A stretch of DNA of 64,000 nt, from NCBI GenBank assembly GCA_965215195.1, contig CBDCDC010000002.1, positions 1,088,001-1,152,000 of the forward strand, given 5' to 3'. How positions within the stretch are numbered: the stretch's first letter is position 1; every line of letters begins with the position of its first letter. This DNA is from Candidatus Latescibacterota bacterium. Its GTDB lineage: Bacteria > Latescibacterota > UBA2968 > UBA8231. The translations under genes and the position numbers were made by a program. The notes under the pieces are model-generated. The model was not told the origin of the DNA. It saw only the letters and a program-made list of their open reading frames with translations, and ran no database searches. Positions 1 through 10,104 of this stretch are shown here, piece by piece.

Positions 1-644
1 GCCACAGCGCGCTGCAATTCAACGATGGCCGCGGCGTACTCGCGGCGTTTGTACAAGGCCGTGCCGAGGCCATGGCGGTACTTGGCCACGGTCGAATCGG
101 CCGCTAGGGCGCGGTTATATGCCGCTTCGGCCGCGGCGTACTCGTTGAGCTTGAGATGAGCCTCGCCGAGGTTGTACCAAGCCTCGCCGTAGTCGTCTTG
201 CAGGGCGACGGCGCGGCCATGCGCGGCAATGGCCTGCTCGTACTGGGCTTGGCGAAAGTACAGCAGCCCGAGCGCCATCTGGGCCCAAGCGTAATCCGGG
301 GTCGCGCGCGTAACCTCCTCTAAGAGGGCGAGGGCCTCGGCGTGGCGATTGAGGCGGGTCAGCACAATGGCCAGTTCGGTCCGCGCCTTGGCGTAACCGG
401 GTTGCAGCGCGATGGCCTGTTGGTAGGCTGCTAGGGCCTCGGTCAGCTTGCTGTCGCGTGTATAGGCGTCGGCAAGGTTGCGGTGAGCTACCGCAGAATT
501 CGGATCGCGTTCTACGGCGCATTTCGCGGCTTCTATGGCCGCGGCATAGGGACCTTGATGCACGGTTGGGCGCGGCTGGCGGTCGTTGGGAGGTTCCTGA
601 CAGGCGACGAGTATTAGGATCGACAAGTAGCAGAGTGGGAACAT
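1..644 (-). CDS. TPR-repeat lipoprotein (runs off the window edge)
   Basis: Translated by hand from ATG 644: MFPLCYLSILILVAC (lipobox), then repeated TPR units (AHRNLADAY, AWYNLGEAH, YRHGLGTALY). No stop before position 1, so it is absent from the ORF track. Confidence 0.85.
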   Translation of the reverse strand, partial: MFPLCYLSILILVACQEPPNDRQPRPTVHQGPYAAAIEAAKCAVERDPNSAVAHRNLADAYTRDSKLTEALAAYQQAIALQPGYAKARTELAIVLTRLNRHAEALALLEEVTRATPDYAWAQMALGLLYFRQAQYEQAIAAHGRAVALQDDYGEAWYNLGEAHLKLNEYAAAEAAYNRALAADSTVAKYRHGLGTALYKRREYAAAIVELQRAV

Positions 645-851
645 ATTGAGGGTGGAGGGGTATTCAATTTTAGCTCTCAACTGTTTAAGTATGTCGCTTC
701 GCCGTCTCCGTGTCCACCGTGGGCATACGGAGTGCCTAGGAGGCGCTAAATAAAATCGCAAGGACCGAGCAGCGGCGGCTTGACAGGTAGGACGCTTTTG
801 CTAGGTTCGGGGAAGAAGGTTCCTTCCCCATCTGCCCTTGTGGAGATTCCC

Positions 852-1400
852 ATGACGACTACCGATTTGATCACCGCCGACGAGTTGTTGCAGATGAAGG
901 ACGATGGCTTCCGCTGCGAACTGGTCCGAGGAGAATTGATAAAAATGAGTCCCGCCGGCCACCAACACGGCAGAATCGCGCTCAATTTCACCACGCCCCT
1001 AGACCAGTTTGTCCGGGCCAACGAACTTGGTGCGGTCTATGCGGCCGAAACCGGCTTCAAACTGGCCACGGATCCCGATGTGGTGCGGGCCCCAGACGCG
1101 GCCTTCGTCCGGCGCGAGCGGGTCGAGGCGGTGGGCCTGACCACCGGCTTCTGGCCCGGTGCCCCCGACCTAGCGGCCGAGGTCGTCTCTCCGGGCGATA
1201 CCTACGCTGAGGTCCAAAACAAGATCGCCGATTGGCTTGACGCGGGCACCCGCTTGGTCGTGGTCGTCAACCCAAGCACTCAAACGGTCGCTTTGTACCA
1301 CTCGCGCCACGACATCCGCATCCTGACCATTGACGACGTACTCGACGGCGGCGACGTGGTGCCGAACTGGACCCTGCCGGTGCGAGATATATTTCTCTAA
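852..1400 (+). CDS. Uma2 family (DUF820) PD-(D/E)xK endonuclease-like protein
   Basis: Motifs ELVRGELIKMSPAG..H, RAPDAAFV and PDLAAEVVSP; GGAG precedes ATG 852. Confidence 0.9.
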   Translation: MTTTDLITADELLQMKDDGFRCELVRGELIKMSPAGHQHGRIALNFTTPLDQFVRANELGAVYAAETGFKLATDPDVVRAPDAAFVRRERVEAVGLTTGFWPGAPDLAAEVVSPGDTYAEVQNKIADWLDAGTRLVVVVNPSTQTVALYHSRHDIRILTIDDVLDGGDVVPNWTLPVRDIFL

Positions 1401-1533
1401 ACAGAGGTGGATGAAAGGGACTGCGCGAGACGAAGCCCACGAACTGGCGAGGGTGCTGAGCCACTAGCGCCCCGGTCTGAGCCGAAGCAAAACATAAATA
1501 GCGAAGGCGCGACGATCCTTTAGCGGCGCACGT

Positions 1534-2154
1534 TCAAGTAGCGCGATTGCCGCGGCGGCTTGAGCTATATGGATGCTCGTCCCAGTCGGATTTTGCGATG
1601 TAGCGCATGATCGGGAATGCGGTGATACCCGACTCCTGTAGGCGTCGCCGCAGCAGGGGGATTACTCCGACCATCCGCTCGCCGCGCAATTGCCCAGCGA
1701 CTCCGTCGTAGATTGCCTTGATTTCGATAAATTCGTCGTCGTCCCACTCTTCTATATCGGGCTGGACGGAACCCATCAAGCGATATAGCCAAAGCATTAG
1801 CGCAAGGGCTAGCACACCCCCAGCGAGACTCTTGCGGCGGGCTAAAGGCAGCGCCAGCCAAGCGCGGCCCAACCGACTCGGAGAACACGCCAAGCCGAGG
1901 GCCAATGGGACGAGGAAAAACGCGAAGGGATGGTAGTGCCAAGCGCCGGCGAGGTTGCCTTGGGCAAGGGCTATGCAGGCGCGCCCCATGCCGCAGCCCG
2001 GGCAGGGCAACTGGGTGAGGAAGCGGAAGGGGCACAGAATCGGCCAAGCCGCGCCGAGCACGGGGCCAAACCACGCCGCAAATGCCGCAACGAAAGCCAG
2101 CCCGACGAGGAAAACTCGCGCGAGGTGAACTGGACTAACTGTCGGCACTTTCAC
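1534..2154 (-). CDS. DUF2752 domain membrane protein
   Basis: CPFRFLTQLPCPGCGMGRA motif plus transmembrane segments. Confidence 0.8.
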   Translation of the reverse strand: MKVPTVSPVHLARVFLVGLAFVAAFAAWFGPVLGAAWPILCPFRFLTQLPCPGCGMGRACIALAQGNLAGAWHYHPFAFFLVPLALGLACSPSRLGRAWLALPLARRKSLAGGVLALALMLWLYRLMGSVQPDIEEWDDDEFIEIKAIYDGVAGQLRGERMVGVIPLLRRRLQESGITAFPIMRYIAKSDWDEHPYSSSRRGNRAT

Positions 2155-2517
2155 CGTAGAACTTGTTGATTTCCCACTGCTGGATGGCAGTAGCGGCCAC
2201 GCCGAGGGAAAAAATAGAAACTAGGACGCAGATCAACGCTAGCTCTCTGTTGGCGCGCAGACCATTGTTCTCCTGAATCTCATTGATGCCCTGCGCCATC
2301 TTGTACTCGTAGTAAATCTCAAAGATGCTGCACGTCAGGATAAGAGGACGAGCCAAAGCCAGAAGTTGTACTCCTCCCGCCCCAGCCACGCATTGAGCGT
2401 TTCCATCTGTTTGTATTGCCAATAGAAACAGTAAATCCCACACGTCAGAATGCTGACGACTATTCCCAAGACAATGCTTCTCACTCCGTCGTATGCTGGA
2501 TAGGGGTAGCTCTGCAT
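2135..2517 (-). pseudogene. DUF4234-like membrane protein, frameshifted near 2340
   Basis: The 5' half (ILTCGIYCFYWQYK...WLVLLS*) and the 3' half (ILTCSIFEIYYEYK...QQWEIN) are in different frames. Confidence 0.7.
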
Positions 2518-2810
2518 AATTGGCCCTCCGGCTATGGGATGCGATCATGCGGGAATATAGCCTCTGGCCGCGGCCTTCATCAAGCACGTATCTGAGGCTG
2601 GGGCTGTCACCCGCGTCCTCTTTTTGGTCGACCAGCTCTCACTGAAAACTTGACCAAGTGGAGAGAGGATGTATTAAGAGAATGGCACTTGCGAGCGGCG
2701 GAAGCGGATCGCCCCGTAGTTCGATAATACCCAAATTTAGCTTGATTCTGTGATGCAGGGATATTACTTTGCCACTCCCCTTTGCGAACCGGAACTTGGA
2801 TCCTATAACC

Positions 2811-3566
2811 ATGGCCAAATTCTCGCCAAATTCGCTTACGTTTGAGATTGACGGTCCACGGATTACGGCCCAGCGTTTCAAAAAAGGCTTTAATGCGTTC
2901 TTGCAGATGGCCGATGAGGTAGCCGATAGCGTGGCCGGGAAGCCTCACGCTGTAGAGTGGCTTCTTTCTGTCGAGCCGGGTAGCGTACGCGTACACATCG
3001 CTCCAGAAGCAAACCAGATCCACCCCGAACAGATCCCTGTAGCCATTGATGCGATTCAAACTGGACTTGCGGCTCTTGAGGTAGGAGATGATATCTGGCC
3101 TGAGCATTTTTCGGAAAAAGCATTGGAGGCTGCCAAGACGATGGGCGAAGTGCTCTCCAGATCCGCGGGGGAGTTAAGTGCAGTACAGGTCCGATACAAT
3201 GGACAGGTTGCTAAAATGTCGTCTCAATCCATTGCGTCTGTCGATCAGTTACTGCAAGGAAAATACGTTGATTACGGGACAGTCGAAGGACGGATTCAAG
3301 TACTCAGCAGGCGAGGCAAGATGCGCTTTTCCATTGATGACGATCTATCGGGCCGCAATATCAACTGCTATTTCCCTAGTGAATTGTGGGACGATGTGCT
3401 GCAGTCCTTTGATCCTAAGATGGATCGGCGCGTGTCCGTTTCAGGGCCTATTCTGTATCGGCACGATGGCACACCGATCAATATCACTGTTGAGGAGTTT
3501 AGAGTATTGAGCCCAAAAAACGAATTGCCATCTTGGAACGATGTACTGGGTATTTTCGCTGAGTAA
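2811..3566 (+). CDS. Hypothetical protein paired with a PIN nuclease (C-terminal region possibly OB-fold-like)
   Basis: 251-aa ORF in an AT-richer insert, ending 6 bp before the PIN gene. Confidence 0.7.
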   Translation: MAKFSPNSLTFEIDGPRITAQRFKKGFNAFLQMADEVADSVAGKPHAVEWLLSVEPGSVRVHIAPEANQIHPEQIPVAIDAIQTGLAALEVGDDIWPEHFSEKALEAAKTMGEVLSRSAGELSAVQVRYNGQVAKMSSQSIASVDQLLQGKYVDYGTVEGRIQVLSRRGKMRFSIDDDLSGRNINCYFPSELWDDVLQSFDPKMDRRVSVSGPILYRHDGTPINITVEEFRVLSPKNELPSWNDVLGIFAE

Positions 3567-3572
3567 ATCTAT

Positions 3573-4034
3573 ATGAGGAAAGTATATTGCGATGCCGACG
3601 TATTTCTCGGATGGTTCAACAGAGAGCAGGATAGAGTAGAAGCCTGTCGCGGATTAGTTGATGCCTCAGAGCAAGGAGAAGTGCAAATAATCACTTCGGC
3701 ATTGACCTTGACGGAAGTTATAAAGATCAAAGGCCAGCAATCATTGCCTCAGAGCAAGGAAAAGATCATCAAGGGTTTTTTTGAACAAGAGTTCATCGGT
3801 ATCGTCAACGTGGATCGACGAACGGCCGAATTTGCTCGCGATCTTATATGGCGCTACGCTCACCTTAATCCCAAGGACTCCATTCATGTAGCAACAGCCT
3901 TGATCGCTGAAGGCGTTGACGTGTTGCATACTTTTGACAAGCACCTTTTGCGATTGAATGGCCAATTGGGAGAGCCTCCTCTGCAGATTTCCACTCCAGA
4001 TGTACCTGATCAGCTTTCTATTCCGTTTGCATAA
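3573..4034 (+). CDS. PIN domain (VapC-like) nuclease
   Basis: Acidic PIN motifs VYCDADVF, TLTEV, DSIHVATA and TFD. Confidence 0.85.
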   Translation: MRKVYCDADVFLGWFNREQDRVEACRGLVDASEQGEVQIITSALTLTEVIKIKGQQSLPQSKEKIIKGFFEQEFIGIVNVDRRTAEFARDLIWRYAHLNPKDSIHVATALIAEGVDVLHTFDKHLLRLNGQLGEPPLQISTPDVPDQLSIPFA

Positions 4035-4051
4035 CTCATTTTGACCCACCC

Positions 4052-5650
4052 CTAGCCCCCCTCCTCAACCTTCACATACGTATCAATCGGCAAGTCAGCC
4101 AACCGTTGTAGCACTCCGCTCGGCCAATAGATGTGCAGCGAATCCGCCCGGCCGGCCGCGCCCAAGCCAAAATGCACGCGCCGGTCGCCGCTGCCCAAAA
4201 AGCTCTCGCCGCAGAGCACGTCTTGCCGCTGCCTTTGGCCGCCGCTCCACAATACGACCTTTGCGCCGACGGCCTCGCGGTTTTTTCCCGTGCCCACAAG
4301 GCGCAGGCCGAGCCAGTGGTGCTCAGCGGTCGTCTGGTTGTGCAGCAGGGAGGGCCGGCCGTTGAGGTTGGTGACGAACAGATCCACGCGGCCGTCGTCG
4401 TCAAAATCCCCGGCCACCGCGCCGCGGCTGACCGCCCGACCCTCGCCCAGATCGACGAGGCGGAAATGGCCAGCGTCATTGGCGAACAAGTGATTCGCTT
4501 GCGCGTAGGTCGCGCCGCTGCCCGGGCGTTCGATCTGCGGATACACGTGCCCGTTGGCCACGAACAAGTCTTGGTCGGCGTCGTTGTCGAAGTCGAGAAA
4601 GACCGCGCCAAACCCCACGTAGGGGAGGCTGATGCGGCCCAAGCCCGCGGCAAAGCTCACGTCCGCAAAGGTGCCGCCGCCGGTGTTGCGATAGAGCGTG
4701 TTGTAGTCGTCCTCAAAATTGGTGACCAGCAAATCGCCGTCGCCGTCGTTGTCGTAATCGCCCCAAGCCGCACCCATGCCAGCCTGCGCTAAGCCCGTTT
4801 CCCCCAGCGCGGCATTGGCCTGTAGCCCCACTTCGGCAAAGGTGCCAGCCCCGTCGTTGCGGTAGAGGAAATTGGGCGTTGAGTCGTTGGCGACATACAG
4901 GTCCAAATCCCCGTCGTCGTCGCTGTCGATAAACAGCACGGCAAACCCATAGCCCGGGTCGTGGCGACCGAGGCCGCTGACCGCGGTCACATCGGCAAAG
5001 GGGCCAGCCCCATCGTTGCGGTAGAGCGCGTCCGGCAACGCCGGCAAGCCCAGCGGGCCGACGAATACGTCCCGGCCCTTCCACTGCGTCCCCAAGGGCT
5101 GCACCGCGGCCGAATCAAAATCCGCGTAATTGGCCACGTACAAATCCAAGTCGCCGTCCAAATCCGCATCGCCCATGGCCGCGCCAGTACTCCACACCGG
5201 CAGGACCAGCCCGGCGCGGGCCGTGGCATCGGCGAATTGCTCTAATCCGTCGTTGCGATAGAGGATGTTTTCTTGCAGGCAGGTGATGTACAGGTCGGCA
5301 TCGCCGTCGGCATCGTAGTCCGCGCTCAGCGCACCCATGCCCCAGCCGCGACCCGAGGCCCCGGCCGCGGCCGCTCTATCGACAAAGCCCCGGCCGCGGT
5401 CGTTGCGGTAGAGGGCATTGTCTCCGCCCTCCCCATTGACCCAGTAGATGTCCAAATCGCCGTCGCCATCCGCGTCGAGGAGCGCGGCCCCGCCGCCTTT
5501 GGCTTCGACGATATAGCGCTTTTCCGCGCCGCCGCCGACGTGGGAGTGCTCTAAGCCCCAATCGCCAGCCTTGTCGATGAAAGGAGGACCATCCGCAGGC
5601 GCGCAGGCCACCATGCACAGCAGAAGCCCACCCCACTTCAATCGCGCCAC
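4052..5650 (-). CDS. CRTAC1-family lipoprotein (FG-GAP/VCBS repeats plus ASPIC/UnbV)
   Basis: Many DxDxDGDxDL repeats, a C-terminal HFGLG...IYWPSG, and lipobox MVAC. Confidence 0.9.
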   Translation of the reverse strand: MARLKWGGLLLCMVACAPADGPPFIDKAGDWGLEHSHVGGGAEKRYIVEAKGGGAALLDADGDGDLDIYWVNGEGGDNALYRNDRGRGFVDRAAAAGASGRGWGMGALSADYDADGDADLYITCLQENILYRNDGLEQFADATARAGLVLPVWSTGAAMGDADLDGDLDLYVANYADFDSAAVQPLGTQWKGRDVFVGPLGLPALPDALYRNDGAGPFADVTAVSGLGRHDPGYGFAVLFIDSDDDGDLDLYVANDSTPNFLYRNDGAGTFAEVGLQANAALGETGLAQAGMGAAWGDYDNDGDGDLLVTNFEDDYNTLYRNTGGGTFADVSFAAGLGRISLPYVGFGAVFLDFDNDADQDLFVANGHVYPQIERPGSGATYAQANHLFANDAGHFRLVDLGEGRAVSRGAVAGDFDDDGRVDLFVTNLNGRPSLLHNQTTAEHHWLGLRLVGTGKNREAVGAKVVLWSGGQRQRQDVLCGESFLGSGDRRVHFGLGAAGRADSLHIYWPSGVLQRLADLPIDTYVKVEEGG

Positions 5651-5656
5651 AGCCCT

Positions 5657-8600
5657 TCAAGACCCAGTAACCGGCGCGACCTTGGCGGATTCTTCCGCGA
5701 CCAACCGCCCCCAAAGCCCCTGTACTCCCACCAGCAGGCGCATTCCCACTGGGACGCCCAGCAAAATGATGAAGGTGGCAAAGAGGATGCCAAAGCCCAA
5801 GCTGACGGCCATTGGGATCAAAAACTGCGCTTGGAGGCTTTTTTCGAGGATCATCGGCAGTAGGCCAAAGAAGGTCGTCAGGGAGGTCAGCAGGATGGGG
5901 CGGAAGCGCGCGGCCCCGGCTGAGACTAGGGCTTCCTCGTGCGACGAGCCCTCGCGCAGCAGCTGATTGTAGAAGGTCAGCAGCACCAGCGAATCGTTGA
6001 TCACCACGCCCGAGAGCGCGACGATCCCAAACAGGCTCAAAAGCGCCAAGTCCAAGCCCATGATAAGATGCCCCCAAACCGCGCCAATGATGCCGAAGGG
6101 AATCGCGCTCATAACGACGAGGGGCTGGCTGTACGATCTGAATGGCACGGCCAGCAACACGTAGATGGCGGCAAGAGCGATGATGAAGTTGAACAACAGG
6201 CTCTGTAGCGAGTCCTGCTGCTCTTGCTGCTCGCCGCCGAAGCGGTAGCGCAGACCGGGGTAGTCTTGGACCAGCGCGGGCAGGAAAAACGATTCGAGAT
6301 CGCGATTGATCTCGTCGGCGTTGGCGACTTGGTCATCTACGGAGGCACTCACCCGCACGACGCGCTGGCCATCGGTGCGCTGGATGGAAGCATAGGCGTG
6401 GCCGATGGCGACGGTGGCCACCTCGGCAAAGGGCACCTCAGCCCCCGCAGGTGTGCGGACGCGCATTGAGCGCACGTCGCCTAGGTTCCGGCGCTCGTCT
6501 TTGGGGTAGCGCACCATCACCCGCACGTCGTCCGAACCGCGCTGAAAGCGCAGGGCTTGGTCGCCGTAGAAGCCCTGGCGCACTTGGCGGGCTAGATCGG
6601 CGAGCGTGAGGCCGAGGGTGCGGGCTTGGGGCTTGAGCTGGAGCTTCATCTCCAGCTTGCCCTCCTCAAAGCTGTCTTGGATATCGCCGACGCCGGCGTA
6701 CTCGGCGATTTTGCCCTTGAGGCGCTCGACCGCCAACAAGAGCTGGTCGAAGTTGTCCGCGGCTAGCTCGACCTCAATGGGATTGCCAGCGGAAAACAGC
6801 GACGAAGAAAAAACAATGGATTCGGGGCCGGGCACCTCGCCGACCCGTTGGCGCAGCCGCGACTCGATCTCCGCGCCGTCGATATCGCGCTCCTCGGAAG
6901 GTAAAAGCTCGATGGTAACTTCGGCGAGATGTCCTTGGCCGCTGGCACCCGGGGTGGCCGAAAAGGAGGAACGCCGGGCCGTGGGTTGGTCGCCGATGTA
7001 GGTAAAAACATTGCGGTAGATTGAATCCCCGCCCCCGCGCTCGGCATCGATCTGATCGCGCAGGACGAGGGCCTGTTGCTCGACGTGTTGCACAATTTTG
7101 GCGGTCTGGGTCGCCGTGGTCCCCTGCGGCATGTTGACCGATATCCTCACCCAATCGGACCCGATCTCGGGCATGAACACGAACTTGATATGGCCGCCAT
7201 AGACCAGCCCGGCCGTACACAGCATCAGCGATAAGGCTAGGGCGGCACTGGAGAGCGGATGGGCCAGCGCCAAGCGCAGGGTGGGCTGATAGGCCGTGCG
7301 GATGACGTACTTGAGGCCGCGGTCAAAGGCGACGACGACCCGGGCGTGCCAATCAAGCGGGCGCATGAAGACCCAGCGAAAGAGGCGGCTGAGTGGCCCG
7401 TGCCCTTCAGAAGACAGGTGCGCCGGCAGAATGAACAGGCTCTCGATCAGCGACAGCAGGAGCACGGAGATGACGATCACCGGGATGACCGACATGAACT
7501 TACCCATCATGCCCTCGACGAAAAACAGCGGCATAAAAGCCGCAATTGAGGTCATAATCGAGAACGTGACCGGCGTACCCACTTCGAGTGCCCCGTCAAT
7601 GGCGGCGCGGCCAAAGGGTTTCCCCTGTACGCGGTGGGAAAAGATGTTTTCGCCGACGATGATCGCGTCGTCCACCACAATGCCCAAGGCCACGATAAAG
7701 GCGAACAGCGAAAGCATGTTGATCGAGGCGTCGAAAGGCTCCATCAGCACGAAGGCCCCCAAAAAGCTGATGGGAATCCCCATCATCACCCAGAAGGCCA
7801 AGCGCAAGTCGAGGAAGAAACTCAGACAGATAAAGACCAGCACCAGCCCGAGGCGGGCGTTGCGGATCAGCAAATCAATGCGGCTGCGCAAGATGCGCGC
7901 GTCGTCGCGCGCGTAGCCGATGTGGATCCCCGCCGGCAGGGTCGGGCGTTTGTCCTCGATGTACTGGTGGACGTAGGCGGAGATGTCAAGCGCGTTCTGG
8001 TCGCCAATGCGAAAGACCTGAATCACGGCCGCTGGCTGGCCGTTGAAGCGCGAGATGATATCGGTATCCGCAAAGCCATCGACGACCGCGGCCACGTCTT
8101 TGAGCTTGAGGGCGGTGCCGTCGGGGCGGGTGAGGACGACGACCTCTTCGTATTCGCGCCCGGTGCGCATCAGCCCCTGCGTGCGGAGCAAGATCGCGCC
8201 GTCCTCGTTCTCGACGCTACCGGCGGGCAGGTCAATGCTGGTGCGGCGGACGGCGTCGGCGACCTGCGCGAAGGTCAGCCCGTAGCGGCGCAGGGCCTCT
8301 TCAGAAACTTCGATGGCAATCTCATCGACGCGCACGCCCTTGAGCTCGACCTGCGAAATGACGCCGCTGCTGCGCAGGTCGTCGCGCACTAGTTCGGCCG
8401 CGACTTTGAGTGCCTTCTCCTCGACATCGCCGTAGAGCATCACGTCAATGGCTTGATTGCGGCGGGTCAGCTCCTTGATGACCGGCTCCTCGATCTCGGC
8501 CGGGAAGGTGTCGATGCGGTCGATTTCGCTTTTGATGTCGTCGAGGAGTTTGTCCATTGCAGCACCGCGCTCTAGCTCGACGCTGACTGCCCCCATGCCC

Positions 8601-8860
8601 TCAGCGGCTGTGGAGCGCACCCGGCGCACCCCCTCTAGGCCGCGGACCCGCTCCTCAATGCGCTTGCAGACGGCGTCTTCGACTTCGGCCGGAGTCGCAC
8701 CCAGATAGGGCACTTGGATTTGCACTTGGTCGAGCGACATCTCGGGGAAGGTCTCTTTCTTGGTCTGCATCATGGAAAACAGGCCGCTCAATATGATGAA
8801 ACCCATCAGCAGATTGGCGGCGACGTGGTTTTTCGCCATCCAAGATACGGGTGCTTTCAC
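5657..8860 (-). CDS. RND efflux permease (AcrB/AcrD/AcrF family)
   Basis: 1067 aa with GIVVDDAIIVGEN and RFRPILLTSLTT. Confidence 0.95.
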   Translation of the reverse strand: MKAPVSWMAKNHVAANLLMGFIILSGLFSMMQTKKETFPEMSLDQVQIQVPYLGATPAEVEDAVCKRIEERVRGLEGVRRVRSTAAEGMGAVSVELERGAAMDKLLDDIKSEIDRIDTFPAEIEEPVIKELTRRNQAIDVMLYGDVEEKALKVAAELVRDDLRSSGVISQVELKGVRVDEIAIEVSEEALRRYGLTFAQVADAVRRTSIDLPAGSVENEDGAILLRTQGLMRTGREYEEVVVLTRPDGTALKLKDVAAVVDGFADTDIISRFNGQPAAVIQVFRIGDQNALDISAYVHQYIEDKRPTLPAGIHIGYARDDARILRSRIDLLIRNARLGLVLVFICLSFFLDLRLAFWVMMGIPISFLGAFVLMEPFDASINMLSLFAFIVALGIVVDDAIIVGENIFSHRVQGKPFGRAAIDGALEVGTPVTFSIMTSIAAFMPLFFVEGMMGKFMSVIPVIVISVLLLSLIESLFILPAHLSSEGHGPLSRLFRWVFMRPLDWHARVVVAFDRGLKYVIRTAYQPTLRLALAHPLSSAALALSLMLCTAGLVYGGHIKFVFMPEIGSDWVRISVNMPQGTTATQTAKIVQHVEQQALVLRDQIDAERGGGDSIYRNVFTYIGDQPTARRSSFSATPGASGQGHLAEVTIELLPSEERDIDGAEIESRLRQRVGEVPGPESIVFSSSLFSAGNPIEVELAADNFDQLLLAVERLKGKIAEYAGVGDIQDSFEEGKLEMKLQLKPQARTLGLTLADLARQVRQGFYGDQALRFQRGSDDVRVMVRYPKDERRNLGDVRSMRVRTPAGAEVPFAEVATVAIGHAYASIQRTDGQRVVRVSASVDDQVANADEINRDLESFFLPALVQDYPGLRYRFGGEQQEQQDSLQSLLFNFIIALAAIYVLLAVPFRSYSQPLVVMSAIPFGIIGAVWGHLIMGLDLALLSLFGIVALSGVVINDSLVLLTFYNQLLREGSSHEEALVSAGAARFRPILLTSLTTFFGLLPMILEKSLQAQFLIPMAVSLGFGILFATFIILLGVPVGMRLLVGVQGLWGRLVAEESAKVAPVTGS

Positions 8861-10104
8861 GGTTGCCCTCCTGCGTTGTCGTCCGCGAGGCGCACCTGCA
8901 TCCCGTCGGTAACGCCGCTGAGCTGAGAGACGATGACCCGCTCTTGCGGGGCCATGTCGATATAAGCGAGTACTTCATCTTGGAGCGTGCGCACCACTTG
9001 CACTGGGCGGATGCTGAGGACGCCGTCGCGGCCCACCGTCCACACGCGATCGCCTTGGCGCAAAGCGACGCCGGGCAGGACGCGGACGCCATCGACCGTG
9101 CGGCCGGCAATGGCCACGTCCACGAACATCCCCACCGTCAGCGGCGGGATCCCATCGGCAATGCGGCCGTAGGGCGCTTCGACCTCTACGACTAAGCGGA
9201 CCATGCGGCTTTGCGGATCGAGCTCGCCTTCGGTGCGCACCACGCGCCCGCTCCACTGGTGCCGGCGACCGGCAAAGGCCCCGCTGACCACGGCGCTGGC
9301 CCCCTCGCGGCTAAAGGCAAAGGCGCGGGAGCGGCCCTCGGCGTTGAGCTCGGCAACAGGGTTCGCGTTCGGTGTACTGGCCGCCGCGATGTCGATGGGC
9401 AGCGGCAGGGTGAACCACCCGAGGTCTTCGTCGGGGACCGGGACGACGATCTCGGCCTTTTCAATACTGTATATCTGGGCGATAGCTTGGCCGGCGTTGA
9501 GGTGCTGGCCCACATCGACGCGGGCGGTGCGCACCCGGCCGGCAAATGGAGCGTACACTTTGGTGCGGTCGAGGCGCAGCCGCGCTTCGGCGAGGCGCGC
9601 TTCCGCTCCTTGGAGACCGGCCTCGGCCGCGCGTAGCTGGGGTTTGCGCAGCACCAAGTCGGTGGGAGTTTCTTCGGCGTGGAGCCGCTGCCACTCCTCT
9701 TCGGCAATGGCGGCTTCCTCGCGGGCCAAGTCGAGTTGGTAGCGCGCCTGGGCCACTTGGGCGGCAGCCTGTTGGACAGCGAGCTCGTAGTCGCGTGGAT
9801 CAATCCGAAAGAGCAACGCGCCTTTGGTAAAAGTGCCGCCGGGTTTGAAGTCGGCGTCCTTCCACACCACAATACCCGCGACCTGTGGCACTAGGTCGAT
9901 CTGCGCGTCGGGGCGCACCGTGCCCTGCCCCTCAACTACGACCTGGACCTGTTGCAGCGGGACAGCGGTGGCTTTGACGAGCGGGCCGACATAGGAGCGG
10001 GAGACGCGCTGGGGCGGCTCGCGCATCGAGACCAGCAGTTGGAAGGCCCCAAAGCCGAGGGCGAGGATGAGGACGGGCAAGACTATTTTGAAGACGCGCA
10101 TCAT
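8857..10104 (-). CDS. RND periplasmic adaptor (membrane fusion protein)
   Basis: N-terminal TM, PQVAG lipoyl half-motif, coiled coil and APFAGRV; overlaps the permease start. Confidence 0.9.
   Translation of the reverse strand: MMRVFKIVLPVLILALGFGAFQLLVSMREPPQRVSRSYVGPLVKATAVPLQQVQVVVEGQGTVRPDAQIDLVPQVAGIVVWKDADFKPGGTFTKGALLFRIDPRDYELAVQQAAAQVAQARYQLDLAREEAAIAEEEWQRLHAEETPTDLVLRKPQLRAAEAGLQGAEARLAEARLRLDRTKVYAPFAGRVRTARVDVGQHLNAGQAIAQIYSIEKAEIVVPVPDEDLGWFTLPLPIDIAAASTPNANPVAELNAEGRSRAFAFSREGASAVVSGAFAGRRHQWSGRVVRTEGELDPQSRMVRLVVEVEAPYGRIADGIPPLTVGMFVDVAIAGRTVDGVRVLPGVALRQGDRVWTVGRDGVLSIRPVQVVRTLQDEVLAYIDMAPQERVIVSQLSGVTDGMQVRLADDNAGGQP

Noticed and set aside
1401-1530. Riboswitch-like words (AGAGG...ATGAAAGGG)
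   Set aside because: It lies between convergent genes and I could not build the required helices.
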